Positions 1 to 9,015 of a stretch of DNA of 64,000 bases are shown here, in pieces. A program made the position numbers and the translations under genes. The stretch comes from an uncultured Planctomycetota bacterium (GTDB lineage: Bacteria > Planctomycetota > Planctomycetia > Isosphaerales > Isosphaeraceae). The DNA lies in NCBI GenBank assembly GCA_963823665.1, contig CAWGMQ010000005.1, positions 160,001 through 224,000 of the forward strand. Reading direction: 5' to 3'. The number at the start of each line of letters is the position of its first letter. The stretch's first letter is position 1. The notes beneath the pieces are model-generated. The model was not told the DNA's origin, did no database searches, and was given only the letters and a program-made list of their open reading frames with translations.

Positions 1-2
1 CT

Positions 3-1400
3 CCAGAATGCAAATCCACGGGGGTCGTCGGTGTTGTAGCACAGAACCGGGTGTTCGCGGCCGATTGCGTGAGCGAGCTGGGCGCTTTGATACCAGAAAT
101 GGGTGAAGAGAAAGGTTTCCGGGTCCTCGACTAATCGGCGTTTTTGAATCTCATCGGCGACCTGGTCCCAGCCGAAGAGGTCGAGCGTCGGGTCGTGGGA
201 CGCGTCGATCAGGCCGTGATGGCCGTCGCGACCGCGCTGGAGCATACCATAGTGATACTCGGTGATCGTGAACGCCAGGAACACGACCGAAAATCCGGCG
301 CAGATGATGAGATATCGTCTGGTTCGCCGCGGGCGGGCGTCCAGCCTTTTCGACCAGTTGCGGCCCAAAAGCGGGAAGAGAGAAACCAGGCCAATCAACC
401 CCCAATGCGGCAAAACCGGCCGAAAACATGCCACGAGCGTGAAAACCGCGAGCGGGGGTACGGACAGGACAAGTAGGAGTCGCTCGTGCGGACCTGCGTG
501 CCGCCAGTTCCGGCAGCCGACGACGAGAAGGATGACCAATGGCAGCCAGATCCATGGGAACAAGTACATCGCCTGGCCCAGGAGGGCTCTGAGCAGACCT
601 TCCGGGTGGATCGTCGTGCTTCCGACGGCACGCCCGCCCTGAAAGAGGAACGATGCCCAGCCGTGGGTCGCGTTCCAAATGATCACCAGGCTGAACGCGG
701 CGAGTGCGACGAGTGCGGCCAGGTAGGGGCCGGGTTGAGCCAGCCAGCGGCGGGCAGGGCGATGGAGGAGTACGTAAAGCAAAGTGCCTATTGGGAGGAA
801 GATGCCGTGGTATTTGCTCAGCATTGCGCCGCCCCAGGCCACACCGACCGAGAGCCAGGGGAGTGATGGGAGGCGATCGGGGACACCCCCCCTGGCCCCC
901 CCTTCTGAAGGGGAGGAAAGGGATGGGTCGGTCCCGTCTAACGGGGGGAAAAGGGATGGGTTGGCGCCTCCTTCAAGGGCTACGGCCATCCGGTCGAGGC
1001 TGAGGAGCCAGAAGAAGAGGAGTGGGCCGTCCGGAAGGGCGAATGTGGAGGCGGCCAGGCCGTAATAGCCGGTCAGGTTCAGGGCCAGGGCCGCGAGAAA
1101 GCCGGCTCGCTCGCCGTAGAAGCGCGCCGTCAGCCTGGCGAGGAGGTAGGTTGAACCGGCGAACATGGCGATGAAACCGATCCGGATTGCCCACGCGGAG
1201 GCTCCCGCACCGGGGAGACTCAGGCCAAGCAACTCGATCCAGGCCATCATCGGCGGGTGGTCATAATAGCTCAATGCCACGTGCCTGGCGTACAGCCAGT
1301 GGTATGCTTCGTCATTTCCCAGACCAAGGGAGCAGGCTGTGAAAAGCCGTAGCAGGGCTGAAGCGACAATCAAGAGCCAGAGCGCGCGTCTGAGCGGCAT
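3..1400 (-). CDS. ArnT/PMT-family (GT39/GT83-like) membrane glycosyltransferase, 3' end runs off the window
   Basis: Hand translation from ATG 1400: MPLRRALWLL...GLGNDEAYHWLYARHVALSYYDHPPMMAW...LPDGPLLFFWLL...AMLSKYHG, with many TM segments. Absent from the ORF track because it is open at the window edge. Confidence 0.85.
   Translation of the reverse strand, partial: MPLRRALWLLIVASALLRLFTACSLGLGNDEAYHWLYARHVALSYYDHPPMMAWIELLGLSLPGAGASAWAIRIGFIAMFAGSTYLLARLTARFYGERAGFLAALALNLTGYYGLAASTFALPDGPLLFFWLLSLDRMAVALEGGANPSLFPPLDGTDPSLSSPSEGGARGGVPDRLPSLPWLSVGVAWGGAMLSKYHGIFLPIGTLLYVLLHRPARRWLAQPGPYLAALVALAAFSLVIIWNATHGWASFLFQGGRAVGSTTIHPEGLLRALLGQAMYLFPWIWLPLVILLVVGCRNWRHAGPHERLLLVLSVPPLAVFTLVACFRPVLPHWGLIGLVSLFPLLGRNWSKRLDARPRRTRRYLIICAGFSVVFLAFTITEYHYGMLQRGRDGHHGLIDASHDPTLDLFGWDQVADEIQKRRLVEDPETFLFTHFWYQSAQLAHAIGREHPVLCYNTDDPRGFAFW
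876..975 (-). repeat. Copy of the CCCCCCTT..AAGGGGGG hairpin repeat read in frame inside the glycosyltransferase
   Basis: Reverse complement CTTTCCTCCCCTTCAGAAGGGGGGGCCAGGGGGGGTGTCCC matches the core of the repeats at 31238-31757 and 40513-40704. Confidence 0.75.
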
Positions 1401-1585
1401 TTCATGCATCCTTGCTGCGCGACGGAACGGCGATACGAGGCGCCAGAGGTGGCGTCATCGGTGGAAATCCATGCCGCGCGACTTGTCGCCACGCGCCGGG
1501 TGGTCGACAATAATCACGAGAAAACGGTTGAGCGTCAACGCCGACCCATCGGAGCGGACCACATGACGGGCCAAGTTCCATGATC

Positions 1586-2391
1586 ATGCCCGTGGAAACG
1601 ACCACCGAGAATCGGGGTGAGAGCCCGATTGATGCGCGCGATCGACTGGACAAGTCGGGGCGCGGGTGCGCCGAATGTTTCGGTCGATTGCGCGGCGATA
1701 CGACTTCCTCAACCACTTACTCAGCTTGAACATCGATCGATCGTGGCGAACCTTCACCACGCGCGTCGCCGCTCCGGAGCCAGGGGCGCTGATCCTGGAT
1801 TGCTGCACCGGCACGGCGGATCTGGCTCTGGCTTATGACCGCGCGGCCGGTGGACGCTCGCGGATCGTCGCCGCCGATTTTTGTCGTGAGATGCTGGTTC
1901 TGGGGCGTGAGAAGGTGGGAAAGGCGGGGGCGAACTCACGGATCACGCTCATCGAGAGCGACGCCCAACGGTTGCCTCTGCCGAGCGATACGTTCGGCAT
2001 CGTGAGTGTGGCGTTTGGATTGCGCAACATTGGGGACACGACGCGTGGCGTTGATGAACTCATTCGCGTTGCCCGCCCCGGCGGTAAGGTTGCGATCCTC
2101 GAGTTTTCGCGGCCACGCGGCGCCGTGCTGGGCCGGCTCTATCTGAGTTTCTTCCGGCACGTGTTGCCACGCATCGGCCAGGCGATCTCCCCGAATTCCG
2201 ATCGCGCGTACGATTACTTGCCGGAAAGCGTGCTGGCTTTCCCGGACGGCCAGGCGATGCTCGATCTGCTGGGCCAACGGGGATTGACCGAACTCGAGCA
2301 ACACCGTCTCACACGGGGAATCGCCACGCTGTACGTCGGGACCAAACCCATACTTCCAGGCTCAACCTCAGCCAAGGACACCATGCGATGA
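1586..2391 (+). CDS. menG: Demethylmenaquinone methyltransferase UbiE/MenG (probable 1-bp frameshift at the G-run ~1657-1660)
   Basis: VRRMFRSIARRYDFLNHLLSLNIDRSWR, LDCCTGTADLA, VAFGLRN, ILEFS, AYDYLPESV. The upstream ATG 1586 frame gives ...LDKSG, which joins if one G is added. Confidence 0.9.
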
Positions 2392-3104
2392 ACTCCGCGG
2401 GCCCTCCGCGCTCTCTCGACCTGGTGGTTGCGATGACCGGCGCCAGCGGCGCGCCTTATGCCGTGCGGCTCCTTCAAGTTCTCAGCCGATTCGAGCGAAC
2501 GATTCATCTCACGGTGAGCAACAGCGCGGTTCAAGTGCTCCACGAGGAGCTGGGATTGGATGTTTCGCTCGATTCGTTCAACCCCACGTTCGCGGGAGTT
2601 GCGCCGGGCCGTCTGGTGTATCATCATTACCAGGATTTCAACGCCCCGATCGCGAGCGGATCGTTTCCGACGGCGGCCATGGTCATCGTTCCGTGCAGCA
2701 TGAGCACGCTGGCCGCGATCGCCGCCGGAACGACGTCGAACCTGATCACGCGCGCCGCCGATGTCCATCTCAAGGAGCGGCGCAAGCTGATTTTGGTCCC
2801 GCGCGAGACTCCGCTGAGCCTGATCCATCTCGAAAACATGGTGAAAGTCACTCGGGCGGGCGCCATCGTGCTACCGGCGATGCCGGGTTGGTATCACCGG
2901 CCGCGGCAGATTCGCGATCTCATCGAGTTCGTGGTCGCCCGCATTTGCGATCAGATCGGAATTCAAAATGCGCTGGTGCCGCGCTGGGGCGTGCGATCAG
3001 CCGCCGACCCGCTCGAGGAGACGCAGCGAGATTCCACAACCCATCAAAGGGATGCCGCGTTCGACATCGAAGAAACGGAACGAGACCCGTTCGTCGGAGA
3101 TTGA
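2388..3104 (+). CDS. ubiX: Flavin prenyltransferase UbiX
   Basis: VAMTGASGAPYA, APIASGS, IVPCSMSTLAAIA, RAADVHLKERRKLILVPRETP, PAMPGWYHRP; ATGA overlap with menG. Confidence 0.95.
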   Translation: MNSAGPPRSLDLVVAMTGASGAPYAVRLLQVLSRFERTIHLTVSNSAVQVLHEELGLDVSLDSFNPTFAGVAPGRLVYHHYQDFNAPIASGSFPTAAMVIVPCSMSTLAAIAAGTTSNLITRAADVHLKERRKLILVPRETPLSLIHLENMVKVTRAGAIVLPAMPGWYHRPRQIRDLIEFVVARICDQIGIQNALVPRWGVRSAADPLEETQRDSTTHQRDAAFDIEETERDPFVGD

Positions 3105-3108
3105 GCCC

Positions 3109-4008
3109 ATGACGATCGGTGAGGGCGCGCAAACGGCCCGACCGGGCGGGGTGGTCTTGATCACCGGCGCATCGGCCGGGCTGGGGGCAGCGCTGGCGCT
3201 GGAACTGGTGCAGCAGAAAAAGGCCGGCGCTCTGGTCCTCTCCGCGCGCCGCGGCGACCGGCTGGACGAGCTTTCGCGTGAGCTTTCGAACATTCAACCT
3301 GGGCTTCAGATCCTGACGGTTGCCGGCGACCTTGCCGATCCGGGGTTTGCCGCGCGACTCACGGACGAGACATTGCGCCGATTCGGAGGGCTTGACGTTC
3401 TCATCAACAACGCCGGCCTCGGCCTGCCGACGCTGTTCGAAGACGCCGAGCCCGGGCTCATCGCGACGCAGCTCACCGTCAACTTGACGGCCCCCCTTTT
3501 ACTGACGCGACTCTGCCTGCCCTCGCTTGTTGAACGAAAAGGGATGATCATCAACATCGGCTCGGCAATCACGTGCGTTGCGAACTCGGCCTTAGGCGCC
3601 TACGGCGCGACCAAAGCGGGGCTCGCCTACTGGAACGACGCGTTGCGGCGTGAGCTGGCGACGCGCGGCGTGAAGGTCTGTCTGGTCGAGCCGGGGCCGT
3701 TCAAGACCGAGTTCATGGCGGCGGTCGAGTCGAGGGTGGCCGCTGGGGAGCAGACGCACCCGATCCTCGATAACGCGGCTCCGTGGATGAGTGCAAGCGT
3801 CGAGCTGGTCGCCCGCCGGGTGGTGAGGTTACTCGACCACCCGCGGCGGCGGCTCTCGATCCCGAAGCACTTCGTGTGGCCGTTCCGGATCCTGGGCTTC
3901 CTCGTGCGGCTGTGCCCGCCGCTGGGGGACCGGCTTGTCATTGCAATGCAACGACAAGACGGGCACGCACGCAAACCGGTGTCGAGCCCGCAGATGACCA
4001 CTCACTGA
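3109..4008 (+). CDS. Short-chain dehydrogenase/reductase
   Basis: ITGASAGLG, INNAG, catalytic YGATK, VEPG. Confidence 0.92.
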   Translation: MTIGEGAQTARPGGVVLITGASAGLGAALALELVQQKKAGALVLSARRGDRLDELSRELSNIQPGLQILTVAGDLADPGFAARLTDETLRRFGGLDVLINNAGLGLPTLFEDAEPGLIATQLTVNLTAPLLLTRLCLPSLVERKGMIINIGSAITCVANSALGAYGATKAGLAYWNDALRRELATRGVKVCLVEPGPFKTEFMAAVESRVAAGEQTHPILDNAAPWMSASVELVARRVVRLLDHPRRRLSIPKHFVWPFRILGFLVRLCPPLGDRLVIAMQRQDGHARKPVSSPQMTTH

Positions 4009-4589
4009 TCTTTCTTTTTTCGCGTGTGAGACATCGAGACGACCTTGGCAGCCTTCCCAGCGTCGTCAACCCGGAACCACTCCAGGGTGAAGTTGTCGTG
4101 GTCGATGATGGTGGTGACGGTGCGCAGCTTGTAGGGTTTTCCGGTCCGGGGATCGAGTGGCTCACTCGAGTTGGTGAAGACTTTGCCGTCGTCGGAGACC
4201 GTGCCCTCGTTGTGCAGGACGCTGGTACCCATGGTGTCGAGCATGATCTCGATCGATTTTTTCCTGGCATTGTCGTAACCGAGGATCTGAAGCACATGGA
4301 ACGGCTGACCCTGGAACTTGCTGGAGTATTCTTGCTGCAGGAAACGATCGCCGAGAATCAGCTTCGCTTCGCAGGTTGCCTTTCCTTCTTGCTGCTTGTC
4401 TCCGAGTATGTACTTGACCGAAACGCTCCATGACCCCGCGAGCTCGCCGAGCCGCTTGTGTACTGGGCCCGGTAGGTCCGGCTGCGGGCCCTCATTTTGC
4501 CTCTTTTCTTCCTGGGCGAAGCCGGCTGCGGGCAAGATGATCAGGCCGGACGTGATGCACGCTAGAAGCCACCTCATCACAACACTCAT
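4002..4589 (-). CDS. Secreted DUF1579-like protein
   Basis: Signal peptide (AGFA-Q); PGPVHKRLGELAGSW, GDRFLQQEY, GYDNARKK, DTMGT. Confidence 0.75.
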   Translation of the reverse strand: MSVVMRWLLACITSGLIILPAAGFAQEEKRQNEGPQPDLPGPVHKRLGELAGSWSVSVKYILGDKQQEGKATCEAKLILGDRFLQQEYSSKFQGQPFHVLQILGYDNARKKSIEIMLDTMGTSVLHNEGTVSDDGKVFTNSSEPLDPRTGKPYKLRTVTTIIDHDNFTLEWFRVDDAGKAAKVVSMSHTRKKKDQ

Positions 4590-4616
4590 CGATAGGGTCC
4601 TTTCATTTGTTGAAGC

Positions 4617-4694
4617 TCACTGTTTGTTACCGAACATTTCGTCGGCCGCCTTCTTCATCTGTTCCGGGGTGCGATCCTCGATGTGGGATGCCAT
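4617..4694 (-). pseudogene. C-terminal remnant of a second VOC/PhnB-like gene
   Basis: Reads MASHIEDRTPEQMKKAADEMFGNKQ*, paralogous to the neighbour's MATRIEDLSPRQLKERA. Confidence 0.6.
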
Positions 4695-4724
4695 GGGCCA
4701 TCAAGAAAAATGCAGATCGGTAGC

Positions 4725-5222
4725 TCATGCATCGGGCTCAGCGTCCCGGCCGGTTTGCCGGCTGCTCCACTCGACGGCCCGTTCTTTGAGCTGGCGCGGC
4801 GAGAGGTCTTCGATTCGGGTGGCCATCGACCAGCGATGGCCGAAGGGGTCGACGACGATGGCGTAGCGATCTCCCCAGAAACAGTCTTGCAAGGGCATGA
4901 CAACCGTGACGCCTGAGTCGACGGCCTTTTGATAGAGGGCATCGACGTCTTCGACGTAGAGGTGAAGGACCACGCCGGTGCAGGCGACGCCGAGTGGAGA
5001 AACTTGTCCGAGGTCGGGGAACTCGTCGTGGAGGAAGAACCGTGAATCACCGAGCAAGAGCTCGACGTGCATGACCGACTTGCCGTCGGGCGCCAGGTTC
5101 CGATAAAGTTCGGAAGCCCCGAAGGCCTTTTCGTAGAACTTCACCGCGGCGTCAACGCCGCGGACGGTCAAGTGGAGTGTGATCGTGTGGAAATCTTCAA
5201 GAGCTTTCGTGTGGCTGGACAT
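4725..5222 (-). CDS. VOC/glyoxalase (PhnB-like) protein
   Basis: FYEKAFGASE, VMHVELLLGDS, LYVEDVDA, FWGDRY, DPFGHRWS. Confidence 0.9.
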   Translation of the reverse strand: MSSHTKALEDFHTITLHLTVRGVDAAVKFYEKAFGASELYRNLAPDGKSVMHVELLLGDSRFFLHDEFPDLGQVSPLGVACTGVVLHLYVEDVDALYQKAVDSGVTVVMPLQDCFWGDRYAIVVDPFGHRWSMATRIEDLSPRQLKERAVEWSSRQTGRDAEPDA

Positions 5223-5237
5223 GTGTTTTCTCCGCGG

Positions 5238-5603
5238 TTAGCTCAGCAAGCCTCGGCGGCGTGCTTCGTCGATCAGTTGCTTGAGCCTGGAGACCTCAGC
5301 ACGAGCGACTTTCAGGCCGAATTCCGTCAACTGGTAATTGCGTCTGCGCTCGTCGTCTTGCGCGCCTGACTCTGAGTCCGTCAGCTCCTCGATCAGGCCG
5401 TCGATGAGCATTCTTTGAATCGAGCGGTACAACGTGCCCGGCCCAAGGTGCAATTGACCGGCCGAGAGCCGGTCGACGTCTTGCATGATCCCGTAGCCGT
5501 GGCGCTGGCCGCCGCTCAAAGCCAGCAGAATGTGAAAGACGGCCGGCGTCAGCGGCAAGAGCTCGGTGGGATCGAATGACTCCTCTGGTGCCTTGGTTGC
5601 CAT
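5238..5603 (-). CDS. PadR-family transcriptional regulator
   Basis: VFHILLALSGGQRHGYGIMQ, LGPGTLYRSI, RRRNYQLTEFG. Confidence 0.92.
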   Translation of the reverse strand: MATKAPEESFDPTELLPLTPAVFHILLALSGGQRHGYGIMQDVDRLSAGQLHLGPGTLYRSIQRMLIDGLIEELTDSESGAQDDERRRNYQLTEFGLKVARAEVSRLKQLIDEARRRGLLS

Positions 5604-5609
5604 TCAACA

Positions 5610-5666
5610 ATCCACTGTGGATATAACCACGGTGGATATAGTAGACGGGTCGCCACTGGTTGTCAA
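5610..5666 (-). promoter_or_regulatory. Sigma70 promoter plus tandem palindromic operator of the padR-VOC-DUF1579 operon
   Basis: Minus strand TTGACA (5666-5661), 17 bp, TACTAT (5643-5638). Palindromes ATCCACTGTGGAT and AACCACGGTGGAT lie in tandem at 5610-5640. Confidence 0.75.
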
Positions 5667-6248
5667 CGGGCTGTCAAGAAAAATCGAGTTGCGGCTTCTG
5701 CGGACCAAACCGACCGCAAATCGGCATCCGGTGGGTGTGCGATGACGCCCGGTCGGATTAGGATAGGTCTGGTCGAGTTTGAAAGGAGCGATGTTATGGA
5801 TCCCGGCGGCACCGAATGCGGGCCGAGCGCTCGTGGGAGCGTCAATTCTCTCGAGCGGGGCCAAGAAGACCAGTTTGTCGCGGTTGTTCGACCGTTGTTG
5901 CTGCGGGTCGTCTGTGGAGTGATGGCGATCACGATTCTTGCGGCGTGTAAGGACGACGTGCCGGCCTTTTTTGCGAAGCATCTTGCGAGGCGATTCATTC
6001 ACAATGATCGCCGACACCCGCAAGCGACCGACGCTTTCATGCCGCGTCCGCAGCAAGTTCTTTACAATCCCGCAGGTGGCTTTTGCTCCGTCGAAGAACC
6101 CGGCACAGACCCGATCGATCTGACGTCCGAGGGCCTGATCACGGTGAGGTGGCCCCCGATATTTAGTTCGTCAGCCGCGTATCCGCGCTCGGAAGGATGT
6201 CTCCGTGTTCACATTCGGCGGGACGCCAATTGAAGCTGAGGTAGCGAC

Positions 6249-7235
6249 ATGTCCGCTACGAGGGTGTGGCGACTCAATTTGATCGATGTGATGGGAATCG
6301 TCGCGGCGTTTGCATTGGTGTTCGCCAGTGTGAGCAGGCGATGGTTTTCGCTCTGGGCGACGTACATTCTCGTCGCGTCGCTCGTCGGGTTTGCTGTTGG
6401 CGGGATTCTGGGGCTGGTGACGCTTCTTTTGCTCCGGTCAGTCGCGGCCGTCACGACCGGGGGGCGCTTCGGCCTTCGAAATCCGGAGCGCTCGACGCAT
6501 CCGATGTTGTTCGTCGCTGGCGCGGCCTGGAGGTGGGCCATAGGCTCCATCTTCGGTCCTCCTCCCGGCTGGAGGCGATCGCTTTGCTGGCTCGGAGGGT
6601 CCGTCGCGTCTATCTTCGGAGTTCTGTACTTGGTCCAATGCAAATGGCTCTGGGGTTTTGATGCCAGTTCTCTTGCGCCCGTCGCGCCGATCTATCCTTG
6701 GAGCGAGCCAGATCGATGGCTCAACTTCGACTGGTCATCGATACCGAGGGAGCCCTGGCCGAGCTACGTTTTGAAGACAGCAGCGGGCTGCTTCATTCTT
6801 GTGTTCGTTTGGGTCAATCTGGTGTCCCCGCAGGCCGGAGGCTCACCGTCCTCGACGAATCAGCCAATCAACTCCAAGGAAGCCCAGCGTTTCTTGTTCC
6901 CACAAATCACGAAGGCAATCGCATGGCTGTTCGTGTTCTCCCCCGGATGGGTTCGTATTCTGCTCGGCTGGTGGCTCGCCGAGCTTTCGGTTCCGTTTGC
7001 GTATCTTCTGGTTTACGGGGGGTCGGAACTCGCGCCTCAGGCGAGTCAGTCGGTCTCCCTGGGCAATTACCTGTGTGCGACGGCGCTCTGCCTGGTCGCT
7101 GGGCTTTCGGTACTTAGTCGCGCTATATACGATGCGACCCGTCGCTACTTTTCGGCTTCGACTTCGGTCGCTTTGACACTGCCCATCCTGGCCGTTCACA
7201 CTGTGGCATTCTTCAAGAGTAGCGCGTATCTCTGA
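6249..7235 (+). CDS. Hypothetical multi-pass membrane protein
   Basis: 328-aa ORF with about 7-8 hydrophobic segments and a GAGG RBS; no family recognised. Confidence 0.6.
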   Translation: MSATRVWRLNLIDVMGIVAAFALVFASVSRRWFSLWATYILVASLVGFAVGGILGLVTLLLLRSVAAVTTGGRFGLRNPERSTHPMLFVAGAAWRWAIGSIFGPPPGWRRSLCWLGGSVASIFGVLYLVQCKWLWGFDASSLAPVAPIYPWSEPDRWLNFDWSSIPREPWPSYVLKTAAGCFILVFVWVNLVSPQAGGSPSSTNQPINSKEAQRFLFPQITKAIAWLFVFSPGWVRILLGWWLAELSVPFAYLLVYGGSELAPQASQSVSLGNYLCATALCLVAGLSVLSRAIYDATRRYFSASTSVALTLPILAVHTVAFFKSSAYL

Positions 7236-7286
7236 TTCGAGTTGAACGAGCAGTCGGCTCGTATTTCCGGGACGAAGAATCGCCCA

Positions 7287-8162
7287 ATGAAACGACTTCG
7301 CGAATATCTCGATCTCGTCAAGTTCAGCCACACGCTTTTCGCGCTGCCGTTTGCGCTCCTGGGGGCGGTGCTGGCGGCTCACGATTGGGATGGCTGGCAC
7401 GGGCGTCTGCGGGACGGGGCGGGCATTCTGCTTTGCATGGCTTCGGCGCGAACGGCGGCGATGGCATTCAATCGTCTGGTCGATCGGCGGTTCGATGCGA
7501 GGAATCCTCGCACGGCGGCCCGGCATCTTCCAGCGGGCCGGCTGGGCGTCGCGGAAGTGGCGATCTTCACGGTTGTGAGCAGCATGGCGTTCGTCGCGTG
7601 CACCCTGCTCTTTCTGCCCAATCGGTGGCCGCTTTATCTTTGTGGTCCGGTGCTGCTCTGGCTCCTGGGATACTCATACAGCAAGCGATTCACGAGCCTG
7701 GCGCATTTCTGGCTGGGGCTTTCGCTCTCCATGGCGCCGGCAGCGGCGTGGATAGCACTGAGGGGGAGCATCGCGTGGCCGCCGGTGCTGCTCGGGTTGG
7801 CCGTGCTGCTGTGGGTTTCCGGGTTCGACATCATTTACGCGTGCCAGGATGTGGATTTCGACCGCTCGGCGAAGCTGCACAGTATCCCCAGAGCCCTGGG
7901 TGTGCCTCGAGCGCTGGGAGTGGCGGGCGTGTGTCATTCGGCTATGATGCTACCGCTCCTTGGGCTGGGACTGATCTATCCGCTGGGCTGGATTTATTTC
8001 CTCGGAGTGGTGGCGGTGGGGGCACTCCTTGTTTACGAGCACGCGCTCATTCGCCCGGATGATCTGACGCGGGTCAACATTGCGTTCTTCAACGTGAATG
8101 TGGTGATCAGCGTGGGGCTGCTGGTTGTGTCGGTGGTCGATATCGTCGTTCGGCACCGATAG
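7287..8162 (+). CDS. ubiA: UbiA-family polyprenyltransferase (MqnP-like)
   Basis: VKFSHTLFALPFA, AMAFNRLVDRRFDARNPRTAARHLPAG, YSYSKRFT, GFDIIYACQD, AFFNVN. Confidence 0.92.
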   Translation: MKRLREYLDLVKFSHTLFALPFALLGAVLAAHDWDGWHGRLRDGAGILLCMASARTAAMAFNRLVDRRFDARNPRTAARHLPAGRLGVAEVAIFTVVSSMAFVACTLLFLPNRWPLYLCGPVLLWLLGYSYSKRFTSLAHFWLGLSLSMAPAAAWIALRGSIAWPPVLLGLAVLLWVSGFDIIYACQDVDFDRSAKLHSIPRALGVPRALGVAGVCHSAMMLPLLGLGLIYPLGWIYFLGVVAVGALLVYEHALIRPDDLTRVNIAFFNVNVVISVGLLVVSVVDIVVRHR

Positions 8163-8190
8163 GATGGCTGCGGAATCGGAGGATGGCTTG

Positions 8191-8934
8191 ATGTCGGATT
8201 CTGTTCAGGACCGCCCCACGGCCGCGCGTTTTCCGACGACGCACTGGAGCCGCGTTGTCGCGGCGAGTGATCCTGTGGCGTCCTCGTCGCGGACTGCACT
8301 TGAGGAATTGTGCCGGAACTACTGGTTTCCACTTTACGCTTTCGTGCGCAGCCGGGGCCAGTCGCCGCATGACGCCGAGGATGTCGTTCAAGGCTTCCTT
8401 GCCGACCTCTTGAGCCGCGGCGATCTGGCGAACCTCGACCCCTCGAAAGGGAGATTCCGATCGTTTCTACGAGCCGCCTGCGAGCATTATCTGGCAAACC
8501 AGCGCGACCACGATCGCGCCGCCAAGCGCGGCGGCGAGGTGAAGATCGTGTGCATTGACCGGCTCGACGCGGAAAGCCGGTTTCGGCGCGAACATGCGAC
8601 TCAGGTCACACCCGAGCGCATCTTCGAGCGGCAGTGGGCGTTGACGCTGCTCGAGCGCGTGATGGAGCGGCTCGAGGCCGAGTCCGTACAAGCGGGCAAG
8701 GCCGAGTTGTTCGCGTTGCTGAGGCCGGTCTTGCAGGGCGACGCCCTGGCACCGTCTTATCCCGCGATTGCGTCCGAGCTGGGAATGAACGATGGGGCCG
8801 TGCGCGTGGCGGCGCATCGGCTGCGCGTCCGCTACCGAGAGCGACTCCGTGAAGAGGTTGGCCGCACGACGGCTGACCCGTCGGCCGTCGACGCCGAGAT
8901 CGCCGAATTGCTGGCGGCGCTTGCCGGGGGCTGA
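8191..8934 (+). CDS. ECF sigma factor of the kinase-associated type
   Basis: FPTTHWSRV, LCRNYWFPLYAFVR, HDAEDVVQGF, KGRFRSFL, VRVAAHRLRVRYRERLREEV; directly upstream of a Ser/Thr kinase. Confidence 0.9.
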   Translation: MSDSVQDRPTAARFPTTHWSRVVAASDPVASSSRTALEELCRNYWFPLYAFVRSRGQSPHDAEDVVQGFLADLLSRGDLANLDPSKGRFRSFLRAACEHYLANQRDHDRAAKRGGEVKIVCIDRLDAESRFRREHATQVTPERIFERQWALTLLERVMERLEAESVQAGKAELFALLRPVLQGDALAPSYPAIASELGMNDGAVRVAAHRLRVRYRERLREEVGRTTADPSAVDAEIAELLAALAGG

Positions 8935-9015
8935 TGGTTTTTGTTTTCTTGTAACACCTGTCGAGTTTTCCTTCTTCCAGGGGTAGAGAGCATCACCCTT
9001 TCGGGAGGATCGAGC

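Noticed and set aside
5742..6233. 163-aa plus-strand ORF
   Set aside because: No recognisable motif and competing frames; may be real but cannot be supported.
8950..8985. TGTAAC motif between the ECF and kinase as an ECF promoter
   Set aside because: A single hexamer with no second instance to define a consensus.
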